A stretch of DNA of 64,000 nt from Spirogloea muscicola (lineage: Eukaryota): NCBI GenBank assembly GCA_009602725.1, contig WELB01000011.1, positions 95,912 through 159,911 of the forward strand, read 5' to 3'. This document shows, in pieces, positions 41,636 to 54,463 of the stretch. The notes under the pieces were generated by a model, which searched no databases, was not told the origin of the DNA, and saw only the letters and a program-made list of their open reading frames with translations. A program made the position numbers and the translations under genes. Numbering within the stretch: position 1 is the stretch's first letter; each line of letters starts with the position of its first letter.

Positions 41636-44481
41636 TCAGTAACCACGAGTAGCACTTACAGAGGTTGCTGATCAAGCAAGCCGGGCTCTGGCGGACTGTT
41701 TGTCGATGAGACCGAAAGGACAGTCTAACAGTAAAAACAGTGGTGATGTTAGTAAAAGGAAACAGGGTTTCTAAAAGTAGTGATGTTGGTGGTATTATTC
41801 TAAATCAGTAGCTTGTCTGTGCAGTGATCAAGGGCCGGCGGCTGCGCATCAAGCTGGAGGGCGATGCGGTCGCGGTGCGGTATTGCACGACGGCCGCCTC
41901 GACGGCGCTGCAGTGGCTGGCTCCGCAGCAGACGGCCGGTGGCGTGCTGCCGTACGTGTTCACGCAGTGCCAGGCCATTCACGCCCGCTCTGTCTTCCCC
42001 TGCCAGGACACCCCTCTGGTAACCTTATCTCTAACACTCACTCCTTTACTCAAACTTATTATTCAACTCCCAGCTACTTCAGCGCACTTCTGCTGGCTGA
42101 TTAATTGGCTGCTGTGGTGTAGGTTTACTTGCGGGAACTAGGTCTTGATCTTGCATGCTGACATTGCCACTACAGTCACAATCGTATGCTGGAAAGGCAT
42201 GGGAAGGCATCACGTTGGCAGCAGATGATGGCTGCAGGCTCGCATCAAGTACAAGGCGGATGTGGAGGTGATGGCCGCGGCGCGTGTGGTCATGAGCGCG
42301 GCACATGTGGGCCGCACGACCTCTGTAGAGGGCGACACAATCGTTGAGTCTTTCAGAATGGAGCAGCCCATTCCTCCCTATCTTTTTGCGCTTGCGGCAG
42401 GTGGCCTCACTATCTGTTACCCTTGCATCAAGAGCATCAGTAATGTATCCATGACGGCATACTGCACACTGCTCACAAGATTGGCAGTGTGCTTGCTGCG
42501 TGTCATAGCACCTTCTGCTGACTAGGTCAACACACAGATTTGCGATACACATGCCATCTCGACAAAGCCTAAACACTTATGAGAACACGGTGATTTGACA
42601 CACCAAGAAAAACTGACTCCTTCTGCTCTGAGGAGGTATTGATTCTAGACAGCAACAAGCACAGGTGACATGCACCAGCTGCATCAGACAGGTCAGGGCG
42701 GCTATGGATGGTCTGATGACCGTTTTTGGGCCGACAAGCAGGCAACATAAAGCACCAGGACCTGTCGCATCGCTGCCGTGTATACGCGGAGCCGGCGGTT
42801 CTACAAGCAGCGGCGTACGAGTTTGCCTACGTGGAGAGGATGGTAGAGACAGCGGAGGAGCTATTTGGCCCGTATGACTGGGAGCGCTTTGACGTGCTGG
42901 TGATGCCGCCGTCCTTCCCTTTCGGCGGCATGGAGAACCCGCGCATGGTGTTTCTGACGCCCACACTTCTCGCTGGTGACCGCTCGCTCGTGGGCGTTGT
43001 TGCGCACGAGCTCGCACACAGCTGGACCGGCAACCTGGTCACTAATGCAACCATGGACGATTTTTGGCTGAATGAGGTGCGGAATGCCAATCATCTTGTA
43101 ATGTCTAAGAATAAGCAACTTGATGGACAGGCCTTGGCTGGCTGGCTTGTGTTGACATTGTAACTGCTGGTCCTCAACTGTCCTGCCATGATTGTCGACA
43201 GCTGACGATTTAGAAATCCATCTTCCTGTCAATACGCCGGCCCGATTAAGGCTTGCGGGTCAAGTGCCCAGGCATTCACCACGTATGCAGAACGGCGGAT
43301 CCAAGAGGCTCTGGAAGGGCCAGACCGCCTTGCCATGCACTCTACGATCGGGTGGAATGGACTTGTGGAGGAGGTTCGGCGCTTCAAAGACCAGCCGCAA
43401 TTCACCAGGCTGAAGATGAACCTAGAAGGTATCGACCCAGATGAGGTCTACAGCGAGGTCCCGTACGAGAAGGGCTTTCTCTTTCTGAAAAAAATTGAAC
43501 ACGAGGTATGCTGCAAATTGCCAAACAACATGCTGTAAACACGAAGTCGTCAAGTTGCAGGAAGCAGTGCTATAGTTGCCGGATCAGAACTCAAGTCTAA
43601 GGGCGTACAAGTGAGACCCCTCACTAATAGTCAGTCTCTGCCTATGGTAACTAGATTACTGACATGCATAAGCAAGTATGAGCTGACATGCCAGGTGTAA
43701 GTGCAGGTCGGGAGGCCACGCTTCGACGCCTTCCTGCGGAAGTACATAAGTGCCTTCCGCTTCCAGTCGATTACTACGGAGACGTTCCTTGCCTTCCTGT
43801 CCGCAGAGCTGCCGGGCATTGGCGACGCCGTCGACCTGCACGAGTGGGTGCAGGGGACAGGCATTCCCAGTGATGCGCCGCGGCCGGCCTCGGCAGCTCT
43901 GGAGCACATCAAAGCCCTGGCGGAGGGTGGCCGGGAGCTCGCCGCCGAGGACACGGCGGTGTGGCAGGCACTTGACTGGCAAGTCTACCTCGAAGCGCTG
44001 CCTCGGGTGCTCGACCATGACCGTGTGGTGTGCCTCAACGAGCGCTTCCACCTTTCAGAGTCGACCAATTCGGAGATTCGGTCCGCTTTTCTCACAATCG
44101 TCGCCCATTCAGGTACCCCATGACTCCACGACTCCATGCACTCCTGCATCGTTAGAGATTGTCATTGCAATTCCTCTCCTGCTCAATCTAAAAGACTGTC
44201 TGCTTACAGACGTGATACAGGAACGCCCTTTTACTCGTTGTTGACTGAGTGGTCGGCCTCCTGATGCTTGTGCAGAGTATAAGCTGTGCTACGAGGCAAT
44301 CGAGCGTTCGCTAGCGAGCAACGGGCGGATGAAGTACCTCAAGCCGCTGTACACTGGTCTCCTGCAGGGCGCCGCAGAGTCCAAGGCCTTCTCGCGGCGT
44401 GTGTTCGAAGTCAACAAGCTTCGCTATCACCCAATTGCCAACGACGTCATTGAGGGCGTCCTCTCCAAGCATGGCGCCTGA
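40972..44481 (+). CDS. LKHA4: Leukotriene A4 hydrolase-like M1 leucine aminopeptidase
   Basis: [53 protein letters not shown]...WLNEG (HEXXH-X18-E), [15 protein letters not shown]. Confidence 0.97.
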
Positions 44482-45137
44482 AGATAGGCCATTCTCCATT
44501 GGGCATTCTCTTAGACCTACAACCAACAACCGCTTTGAGGAGGTCCTTTGCTGATCACTTCAAGGAGAGCGTGCCTAAGGCTGCTATACGTTCTTGAATT
44601 GTCTGTCGTTGGTCACTGAACTTATTGTTACTGCCGAATATATTATATGCTTCTGCTGAAGCTGTAAAAGGCTTCTGCTGAAGCTGTAAACCAAGTGTTG
44701 TTCACTATTGTCCTTCACAAGCTGCGGAGATTGTGGTTGGCAAGCCCTTATAGTGCTTTGCAGAGGGCTCAAGCAGGGGCTGAGCGGTTCTACTTCCAGG
44801 TGCCACTAAAGACCTCCAGAAGCACATCACCAGCATAAGCCGAAGTGCTGCCACATTCCTCACTATAAAAGACGTTGTCCGCAAGTCAGACTTGCTACCG
44901 TTGCCACAGCTCTTGACGCCATCGCAGTCTTTACAGCCAACCCGAGTCTTGCGGAGATTGCCTGCGCAAGCCACTTCTCCTTGCTCTGCCGGAGCACCTT
45001 ACCCACAGCCCTTCCAGCTATCTATTTCCTGCTGAAGTGCTGACTTGCACAATAGCTACTACACACAAGAGCTACTACTAAATGCTCAATTGCAGGTCAG
45101 CTCTTGTGTGCGCAAGATGAGAAAATTCCCGTTATCC

Positions 45138-45927
45138 TTTGGACTTGTCGATGCTTTTCGGGCTGGCTTTTCACAGTTCTCGCCCCCATTGAATGAGCAT
45201 TACCTTTTTCCTCCACCTTCCGTCGATCATGGCGGCTGACCTAGCTGGATCCATTAGCGAGACGGAATCTGGGCAGGTACTGCCGTGCGCACAAGCTAGT
45301 GATGAAAGTTTTCCTGGGCTGCGTGCTCTTGTACCTGCTCCTGTACCTGTCCCTGTGTGTTGTACACAGCGTTCGCAGAGTCTGCATTCCTCCAGTCGTG
45401 CTCCTCCATTGGACGTCCTCCAGGTCCAGCAGATCGCCCTCGATAAGGCGGCGGCCCAGCAGAGCGACCTCGTCGCAGCGGCTCAGATGCAGATGTGCTC
45501 ATGGCGGCAAACAGATTCAGATCTCAGACAGACAGTCAGACAGCACAGGCTCCGCCCTCACCCAAGGTGGGTGGCAGCCATGGATAGGGCGCACGGGCGC
45601 ACCGCGTGGCCTCAGATGAGGAGAGGAAGTCCAACCGGTGCCCGAGGCCTCCCTTATCGAGTAGTGACCTTTATGTTTTGACCCGTGGTTATTGAGCGGG
45701 TCAATCTGCTGTAGGTTATGTAGATTTTCAGATGTGCTTGCCTTTGTACCTGGCCATTTGGCCTACATTTCTTTCTAATACACGATCTTTTCCTTATCAA
45801 GAAGAAGATCTTATCTTTGTTTCTGTGTGCTTGGTTTTGCTTCCCCTGGCCCGCTTCTCGTCCTCTATTCATTCTTTTTTGGGCTGGCTTTTCCAGCCCC
45901 TATCCTCAATGGGCGAGCACTTTCTTA
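45138..45927. repeat. Two further copies of the GGGCTGG hairpin repeat family (about 45138-45208 and 45815-45927)
   Basis: The 45160 copy resembles the 5146 copy including its flanks. 45815-45927 aligns with the reverse complements of 53036-53137 and 53205-53283. Confidence 0.85.
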
Positions 45928-46108
45928 TGCAAAGGAGACTCTCAGGGCTCAATGAGACGAGGCGGGATGGTCACCCACCCCGACCCGCCGATTCAACATA
46001 TTACAATATTCGACAAATGACAGGGTGCCGACCCTGATGACTCTGTCCGATTAGGGCAGGATTAGGTCGGCCTCGGCGCTGGTCACCCCGCAAGCTCCGT
46101 GCCTGGCC

Positions 46109-49100
46109 ATGGCGGCCGCGGCGTCGGCGGCGGTGGCGGCGGCGGCGNCGCGGGTGCCCGCCACTGGCGTCGCCGGGCTGCCACTGCTGGCGGTGGAGCG
46201 ACAGCGGCAGCGGCGGCGGCGGCGGCGGCGGCGGCGGGCGTGCGCGAGTGGCCGGCCTTCTACCCGTGGGAGAAGGCGAGCGCCCGCGCACCGGGATTAA
46301 GATTTAGCGTCTAGAATCGAGGGTCCAGAGTTCGAGCAACCGAGCCGGCTCAGCCTGGAGGGCCGGCCTGGGCTCATGCGGGCCTTGCCAGCAGGGCGCC
46401 AGGCGATCAGCCTAAAGTGACAAGAAGATGGGGAGAATATCGTTAAGCTCTTGATCTCATGATGGACTTCAACAGCTTAGATTTAAGCTCATGGGACTAG
46501 GATGGGGGCCCTCAATGCTGCGACCCCAAACCCTAACCCTAGTCCTAAACCCCTAAACGCTAGACCCAAACACCTTGGACCCTAGAACCCTAAATCCTTA
46601 TTTACTACACCCTAAAGTTGAACCATAACCCCGGCACGACCTCGCAGGTGAAGCTGGGGGGCGTGGCCGTGTCGCCCATGGGCTTGGGGACGTGGTCGTG
46701 GGGCAACCAGCTGCTGTGGGGCTACAGCACCGCCATGGACGGCGAGCTGCAGGCCGCCTTCGACGCCGCCGTCGCCGCCGGCGTCAACCTCTTCGACACC
46801 GCCGACTCGTACGGCACAGGCCGGCTCAACGGCCGCGCCGAGCTGCTGCTCGGCCGCTTCATTCGCGAGTACCCTGGTAAGCATTCCTGCTTGGTCTGGA
46901 CACGCCCTAATGTGAAGATTCTGAGCTATTTAAAATCGAAAGTTATTTCAGGGCTTTCACTGGAACGAGTAAAAGCCACCGACTTTGCCAGCCACTTGCC
47001 AGAATTCACGCAACTGTCATCCATGCACTCTCCTTATCTGCCATCAAGCAGGCCTTCAATTTTACCTGCTCAGCGGATTCTGGCCTCCTGGGCTTCAGAT
47101 GCATCATGATGCACCAATGCCAGCCTTTAGATGGCTGAGACGTAATCTCCAGCTTTAAGAGTGCATGGAGTAGTATCGCCGGCAGCAGAGGCCTGACAGC
47201 AGCTGCAACTACAGCAAGTAGGCAGGAGCCCCCTTACTCTTGCTCTTGACATGCACACAGTGTCCTCTTCTTAGGGCGTTACCCCAATTGACGAGCCCCC
47301 TGATCTTGCCCCTGGCAGCTGGTCCACAGGCTCGGAGCGAGTGCGGGAGCGAGTGAGGGTGGCAACCAAGTTCGCCGCCTACCCCTGGCGGCTGACAACT
47401 GCGCAGATGGTGGCAGCTTGCAGGTCCTCAAGCCCGTCTGTGTGTTGGCATCTTGCTTCCGTGCATTCTTGTCGCTCTCATCTCATGCCCTCAGTTCCAA
47501 ATGCTGTGCAGATAAGCGGCAACAAATTGTCACAGCTCCTCGATTGCAATGTTGGGCCTTACTGCTGAGTACTCTACATCTACAAATGCCAGGGGCTCGC
47601 TGAGACGGCTTGGCGCAGACAAGCTTGCGGTGGGCCAGCTCCACTGGTCGGCAGCCAAGTATGCACCGCTCCAGGAGCGCGTCCTTTGGGACGGCCTCGT
47701 CGCCATGTACGAGCAGGTGCTGCCGCCACTCAGTCGAAATACATCACTTATTGTCGCAGAGTCTTGATAGCACAACGAGCGAGACTCTCATGCGAAGACG
47801 TTCAGGACTAATTACGTCTCGAAGGCTGTGAAGTAGGGTCCACTCACAACCCTGAGACGGTGAATGTTAGGGCATTGAATATGGACTGGATATCGTCTAG
47901 CCGAGTTGCTCAGATATTCTTCAAGTAGAGCAGCATGTACGTCGTTTCTGAGGTTGCAAAGCAATTGCTCTCGTGCGGATCCACAGGGCCTGGTTGAGGA
48001 AGTCGGCGTAAGCAATTACGGGCCTAAGCAGATGCTGAAAATACACGATTATCTGCGCGCCAGAGGAGTGCCGCTCGCGTCGGCACAGGTCTGCTTGCTG
48101 TGGCCGCCGTTTCTTGCTGAACTTATGAGGTAGTGACATGTCTTCTAGCATTCATAGAAAATCAGCGAAGGAGATACAGGGAAGAGCTGGAACTGCTGAT
48201 TGCAGCAATTTTATGCTGGGCGCATGCTTTTGGCAGGTGCGGTGTCTTTGTGGACCTGAGCTTCGCCACTTGTTGTAACTAGTGACACCTAATGCATGGC
48301 CTCGTTAATTGTGCAGGTCCAGTTCTCGCTCATCAGCCGTGGTCCAGAGCAGATGGATGTGAAGGCCATCTGTGACGACCTTGGCATCCGGCTCATCTCG
48401 TACAGCCCCCTTGGGCTGGGCATGCTGACTGGGAAGTATGTAGGAGATCAGCTGCCCAAGGGGCCTAGGTACGAGCATCATGAGAGAGTCAACATGCTCC
48501 TAAATCTAAACGCCTCAACCCTTGTACTTGATAGCAATCTCCCAGGCACATGATGTTTAGCACACCTACATTGCCGCGGGGCAGTATATTTCAATTGCCC
48601 TGCTTAATGGCGCAGCCACACATAGGACGTTTTCCCCCCAGCAATGGCTCCTGTAGTATGTATTTACATTGCTGACACTGTTTGAGGTCAACAACATGTA
48701 AGAACGTCTTGAGCTCACCCTGTGCTGGGTCAGTAGTAGCAAAGCTTGGTGATCCAGCAGGCATGCTCACCAGCATTTTCTCATCCAAAATCACTTACAT
48801 CGGTCTCCTGTGCCTCTGCGATTGCAGGAGCTTGCTCTTTAGGCAGATTCTTCCAGGACTGAGGCCACTTTTGCAGACAATGCAGGAGATTGCGGTAGCA
48901 CGAGGGAAGTCTGTCCCTCAGGTACATTGATTACTCAATCTTGCGAGGACAGTGGCTTCATTGTGCACTGTACATGCATGATGCATTGCTGTGTACACAT
49001 TTTCAATCTTTGTGGAGTGTTGGGCCTCTTAAAGAGAAGGCATTCACCTTACAGTACAGATGTGTCGTCTGCTGTGTCTGGCCCTTGGCTTACATTGGCG

Positions 49101-49335
49101 CATTTTGTAGTCTCAATACTTTGGTCACTGATCAAGAGTGTTACTGCAGGTTGCGCTCAACTGGTGTATGCGGAAGGGCACCATACCGATTCCTGGTGCT
49201 AAGAGCTTGGAGCAGGTCAAGGACAACCTAGGGGCGCTGGGCTGGCGGCTGAACAGCGGCGAGGTGGCGGCGCTCGACGACGCTGCCGACCAAATTCCTC
49301 GCGGCATGATCCAGAACATCTTCCAGACAAAGTGA
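46109..49335 (+). CDS. PLR1: Pyridoxal reductase, chloroplastic (aldo-keto reductase)
   Basis: YPWEK|VKLGGVAVSPMGLGTWSWGNQLLWGY, NLFDTADSYGTGRLNG, VATKFAAYPWR, VGVSNYGPKQ, SYSPLGLGMLTGKY, MIQNIFQTK*. The frame changes at the single n in exon 1. Confidence 0.93.
46526..46616. repeat. Degenerate telomere-like cluster in PLR1 intron 1
   Basis: ccaaaccctaaccctagtcctaaacccctaaac...gaccctagaaccctaaa...ccctaaa. Confidence 0.75.
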
Positions 49336-49770
49336 AGTTGCTAGACAGGGTGGGGCTGTGCAACACTGGAAAGAAAGGGCATGCTCTTGCACTCTGTCCT
49401 GCAGGGATCTGTGCTTCATGGCGGCACAGAGCACGCACTTGAATGGGTGCTGGGCCCTAAGCGGAGGGCTCGTATCTGGGTGAATGAGGGTACGATGGTC
49501 GCAAGATTGCATTTGGTACATAGGCAAGCACAACTTGCAATGGCTGGGAGCACTTGACTACTATGCAGAGGGATGAATTATCCCCAGTGTCGTGAAATTT
49601 ATGGACGATTGAGATGACTCTCATGAGTAGGCTATGTTGATAGCCAACAGGCTGCCTTGTACTTATGAGGCTCTTGAGCTTGAACCGCCAGGGTGTCATC
49701 ACAAAAGTGGTGATGAGACTGCCAGATTTTGCACTGTTTAAAGCATGCTTGGTAAGTGATTGAGGTTGTC

Positions 49771-52416
49771 CTATGCCTTTCGTTGCCTCAAGAATTCTTG
49801 CGTGCACTTTGCATAGTGGGAAAGGATCTCAAGTGTGCTGTTGTCTTTGTCATACACCGAGTACCACCCTGGCGGCTCATGAGGAGGGTCGCCAAGCCGC
49901 CTGGGCCCAGGATTGGAAGGGCGGCCCTCTCCAGACCAGGCCCAGAACAACTGACCTGCCATTGAGTCGTTCTTAACAAGTCGCATGACTGTAGCATCAA
50001 AGCAGCATGTTAGTAAAGCAGATGGACTGTATCAGCTCCGCCCACTGCCATGCACATGCGGTATGCACCTTGACGCTGGCTGCCGATATCTATCAAGTCT
50101 ACGGTAAAGCCAGAACACCAATACTTACAGAAACAAGTAGCTATGCTTGCAAAGTGCTGTTGTTCTGACACCTTCATAACTATCCACAGACTAGCGCAAT
50201 GTGCTCATGAGCTGGTCCTATGAGGAGGTAGAGATGCAATCTTCTTTTCTCACTATCTGACTCACCAGTGGCAGAGACTACGTCAAAGTAGGCATTGCGG
50301 TGAGATACTGAAGCTTCAGGGTTGTACCGACTGGTTGTGATGTTAGTAATAGGTTGACAATGCGGACATGTATCTCTTGCCAAGCCGTACTCCTCTGCAT
50401 TGTCATTAGTGAGTAATGCGTCAGAGACTGATTATAGCAAGTAGGTAGACATCCATAGGCACACGTGTTATGGTCAACTGTCTATCTGTAAGTTGTTCAT
50501 GATCAGATGTGGACCGTCTTTCCTTCTCGGGGAGCTGCAAGCTGTTGATGTTGCCAATGATGCAAGACCTAGTATGCTTCGACTAGAGAGCAACAACAGA
50601 CCTAGAATGACAGGCTTCTGAAATGTCGTCCTCGAGTACTGTGCTCGCTGTTGCAGGTACTTGGTTGCGTATTTCACTGCAGCTTCCAGATTTGCGATCG
50701 AGTCATTGCTTGGTTTGTAGACTCCCCAGTTTTCAACCCAGAGGTGGATGGTTGCATAGTCAATGAACGGGCTACTGTGGACCCTGATGAAGAGGCTGCC
50801 CTCGTCATCCTCCTTTCCCTCCATACCGGCAGTCACAAGGTGACAGGGATCCAAGCTCTTAATATATTGACCTACAACAGTGTGCCATGGTACATTGTGA
50901 TTAGCTGATTGGCACTTACGTATTGATTGAGGGAGCCATTTCCAGCATATACCTGGATGAAAGCATGCCTCTTAAGCGCAGCACTCAGCATGAAAAGCAA
51001 GTGTTCAGTTGGTGGTGTTTCATTCGGCAGATGCAATTCATATCTTCATGTCATACCTTGCTAGTCTTACCTGTTGCGTCAACCCATTGTTGCGGAGGCT
51101 GCTGGGGCTCGTTGGCTAGCTCCCATGAGAAGATTGTGGGATCCTGTGTGTAGGGAAGTCCTGTGATATGGTTGACTCGGTTTATGATTGCACGCATGTG
51201 TTGCTGGTACAGGGTTTGGCATTGGTTGCTGATGCTGTTGTCATTGTAAAAACGAGCACTGTATTCGATGAATTTTGTCCAATTTCCAGTGAAGGTGGGG
51301 TACGAGGGAGGGTAAGGTATAGGTCCAGATGCTGGGTCCACCCAGTTCACATACTGCGCAAACCCCCCTGTGTCATGCCAGAAGTCATTGAGGACCAGAG
51401 TTGCCTTCATGTCTGTCTGGCGCAATTGCACAAGAATGTAGTCAAGCCCCTTGAAGACGGCCTCATTCACAAAACCTGGCCTGTAGACTTTAGCACATGT
51501 TAGCAGGGAAAATTTGCAAATGCTTTGTATGATAATAAGCGTGTATTGACTCTCCTTGCCTTGTAGTGATTGAGGAATGGCATTGTCCTTGATAAAGAGG
51601 ACACTTTCGGATTAAAACCACTGATCAATCAGAGCAAGCGCTGGCCAAGACGATGCAGCTTCAAGCTCAGCAAAGCGATTTAGCCTCCTTGCCTGGGAAA
51701 GAGAGTAGGGGTCCACCGATACGGGGAGTTATCAGGTCCCTCAGTTGCAGCCAAAAGCCGGACTTTGTTGAAGCCAAGGCGAGCAAGCAGGTCAAGATCG
51801 TTGGCAAGCCGGGTGCGATTGCCACCATCATCCTCTTCCATCGCCAGCCATACTCCTTCCCAGTAGTTTGTGCCTGCAGTAGTTAGAACTGGTCACCTTA
51901 AGCCCCATTGAGTACTGATGATCGTGGATTGATCGTCACCTTAATCCCACTACATACCGATAAGTTTAACAAGAAGTTGCTGGCCAGCTGCCCTGAGGGC
52001 CACAGATCCCGTACTGTGCTGTATTAAGGTCATGTTTATACATGATATCTCTGGAGACGATTGAGCGTCACAGACTCAGTCAGAGATTTCAAATTGCATT
52101 GGCCGCACCAACTGACAGTGACGCAGCAATGTTCAGTTGGAGCTCGGCCCAAGGATGACAGGTCGCGTTATCACTGACCGACTGCGTAGTGAGTCTTTCC
52201 CTTCAAACTGAACATCGTACGTCTGCCAGAGTGGATGCGCACAAAGCCGCTTTGCTGCAGGCTGTACTTCTGCCGAGGAGCAAGGCGGCTGATGGCCGAC
52301 GCAACGGGCCGCCGCACCTGGCCCCCAGCACCAGGCTGATAATCTGCTGTTGCCGCCAGGAGCAAGGACAACAGCAGGACAGGAAGCACAGCCGGGAGCA
52401 CGCCTAGCGCTGCCAT
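49771..52416 (-). CDS. Secreted GH5 (subfamily 7-like) beta-mannanase/mannosidase
   Basis: Signal peptide MAALGVLPAVLPVLLLSLLLAATA, FKGLDYIL, WELANEP (acid/base Glu), TIHLWVENW, KPVIL|EEYGLARD (nucleophile Glu), FWAWSGEGRP, GDPPHEPPGWYSVYDKD. Confidence 0.92.
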
Positions 52417-52753
52417 GTATGATCGCAGAAGCTGCGTTGCCGTCGTTGCCTCGCTGACGCCGCCGCCGCCGCCGCCGCCCCTTTCGCGTGGCTCGGCGGC
52501 GGCGGGGGGGCTGCAGCGTTCGCGTGATCAGATCCAAGGGAGTGCCGAGACGAGGGCTGCCCGGAAGGAGCTTTTTCCGGCCTGCCCGGCCTCGCCCGGG
52601 CTCCTTCCTGTGGCAGCCAAGGAACAACATGGGCTGAGCTGCTTAGCGCACAGTAAAGGCGTAATGAGATATGTGGGCCAATGGCGGCCCTTGAGAGCTG
52701 CCCGGAGTGGCATTTTGCGGCCTGCCCAGCGTCCCCCGCGGAGCCAGCTTTTT

Positions 52754-53395
52754 AGCCTAGCATCTCCGACCTGCGGCTGCTTAGCAGAGGTTACCGAGTG
52801 ATTCGTAGCTGCTTTGTTTCTCTGTGTGCTTGTTTTCCTTAGCGGTTCGCCCATTGAGAATAGAAAGCGCGGCCAGATTGACTGGCGGCTGGGAAAGGCC
52901 AGCCCAAAAGAATGGACAAGGTCTGAGGGAGCTTGAGTGCGAACGACTAGGACTAAGACATCAGCCAGGGAACGCTCAGTAACCTCTAGACAGGAGATGC
53001 AGATCCGAGTAGCTAGCTGGTGGAAAGACGTCGCTTGAGAATAGGGGCTGGAAAAGCCAGCCCAAAAAAGGATCAACAAAGGACGAGAAGGGGGCCAGGG
53101 GAAGCGCTAAGAAAAACAAGCACATGAAGAAACAAAGCAGCTACGGATCACTCAGTAACCCCTGCTAAGCAGCCTCAGGTCAGAGACGCTAGGCTCCCAC
53201 AAAAAAGGAAGTGCTTGCCCATTGAGAATAGGGGCTGGAAAAGCCAGCCCAAAAAAGAATGAACAGAGTACGAGAAGTGGGCCACGTAGTTCCCTACCAC
53301 CACGTAGTAGTAGCCACATAATTTGAGTAACTTGTCCTTCCAAAGTGCAGTTGCTCTTTTGACATTGTCTAACTCTTGGGGCTGGCCTTTCTTCT
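52754..53395. mobile_element. Putative non-autonomous element: 91-bp imperfect inverted repeat plus 3-4 GGGCTGG hairpin units
   Basis: Arms 52754-52844 and 53105-53195 are near reverse complements. Hairpin units lie at about 52880-52895, 53045-53063 and 53231-53250, with a partial one at 53379. Confidence 0.55.
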
Positions 53396-54285
53396 TTTCC
53401 TTATAGAGTCATCGCCTCATCTAATAGGAGCTCCTGTTGCCAGCATATCGCTTGCTGCTCGTCACTTGAGTAGGCCATCTTTGCCTCGCTGGCGCATTTG
53501 TCATGCGCCACCTCTTGTGCGCACTTTGGCTGGCCATGTGCTGCCTTGCTCCCACTAGTCTAAGCAAGGGTCCACTGGCTGCTATCTTCTGAACAATGCA
53601 AGGCGAAGTCACTCTGAAAATAGAGATGTCACTCTGAGAATGGAGATGTGGCAGAGGATGGCCAGCCAAAGAGGCATTGACTAATTAAAGAAGTAGTAAA
53701 GGGCTTGTTTGCTCTATCCCCTCGTGCAGGTCCTGCTGAGGAGCCGCTCCTCGCTTGGCTGAAGGCGTCCTTTCCCCACTATTGATGCCCGACCCCTTAT
53801 CCATGTCTCACGGGCCTTCTACGGCCACCATCTCAATGCAAAGATCCTAATCGTCCCCTTCGCCTAATTGTCCACTTCTTCAGTCAAAGTTGACTTTGGA
53901 GGTGAATCTGGAGCTTTCTTGCTCTTTGGAGTGCTGACGCCTGCAGCTTTGTCGTCCAGCTAATTTCAATGCGCTCTCTTTGCTCGGCCTTCTTACTTAC
54001 CACCTCGCTGGAGTTCCTGTTGAGAGTGCCTTTTCTTGCATCTTTGCTTGCTGATGTTATTCATGACAAAGAAAATCTTCCGCAATACCTTGTCAAACCG
54101 TGAGATCGTACGAGGAATGGCCAGTCGAGAATGCAAGTGTGCTTAGCAGTGAGACACGGTCGGTCAGCTTCATATCTTTGTCCAGTTTTGTTTCAACATG
54201 AGATCAGTCCATGAACAAATACAGGCCCTGCACGGCAGATCATGTGTCGCCCGTCCATTTGTCTGACCGGTAGCGGATTCAAATC

Positions 54286-54296
54286 TCCAACGGTCA
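54286..54296 (+). promoter_or_regulatory. MSA (M-phase-specific activator, MYB3R site) element
   Basis: TCCAACGGTCA matches the consensus YCYAACGGYYA exactly, about 170 bp upstream of the 3xHMG-box ATG. Confidence 0.6.
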
Positions 54297-54463
54297 TGGA
54301 GCTCTTGAAAAGCAGAGGGGAGGAGGGAGGTGGCGCTCCGGGCGAAAGCCAAGTAAGGGCTTTAAGGTCTTCCAGGGGAGAGGGGAGGTAAGGTGGAGAC
54401 CGACAACCCCCCTCACCTTGGACGCGCTTGCCGCCNGCCGCCGCTGCCGCCGCCGCCGCCGCC

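Noticed and set aside
45881..45899. Histone mRNA 3' stem-loop
   Set aside because: The resemblance is superficial (7-bp stem, 5-nt loop rather than 6/4) and there is no upstream histone CDS.
53400..54100. Degraded TE coding remnant
   Set aside because: Purine-biased and coding-like on the minus strand, but with no identifiable RT, transposase or gag motif.
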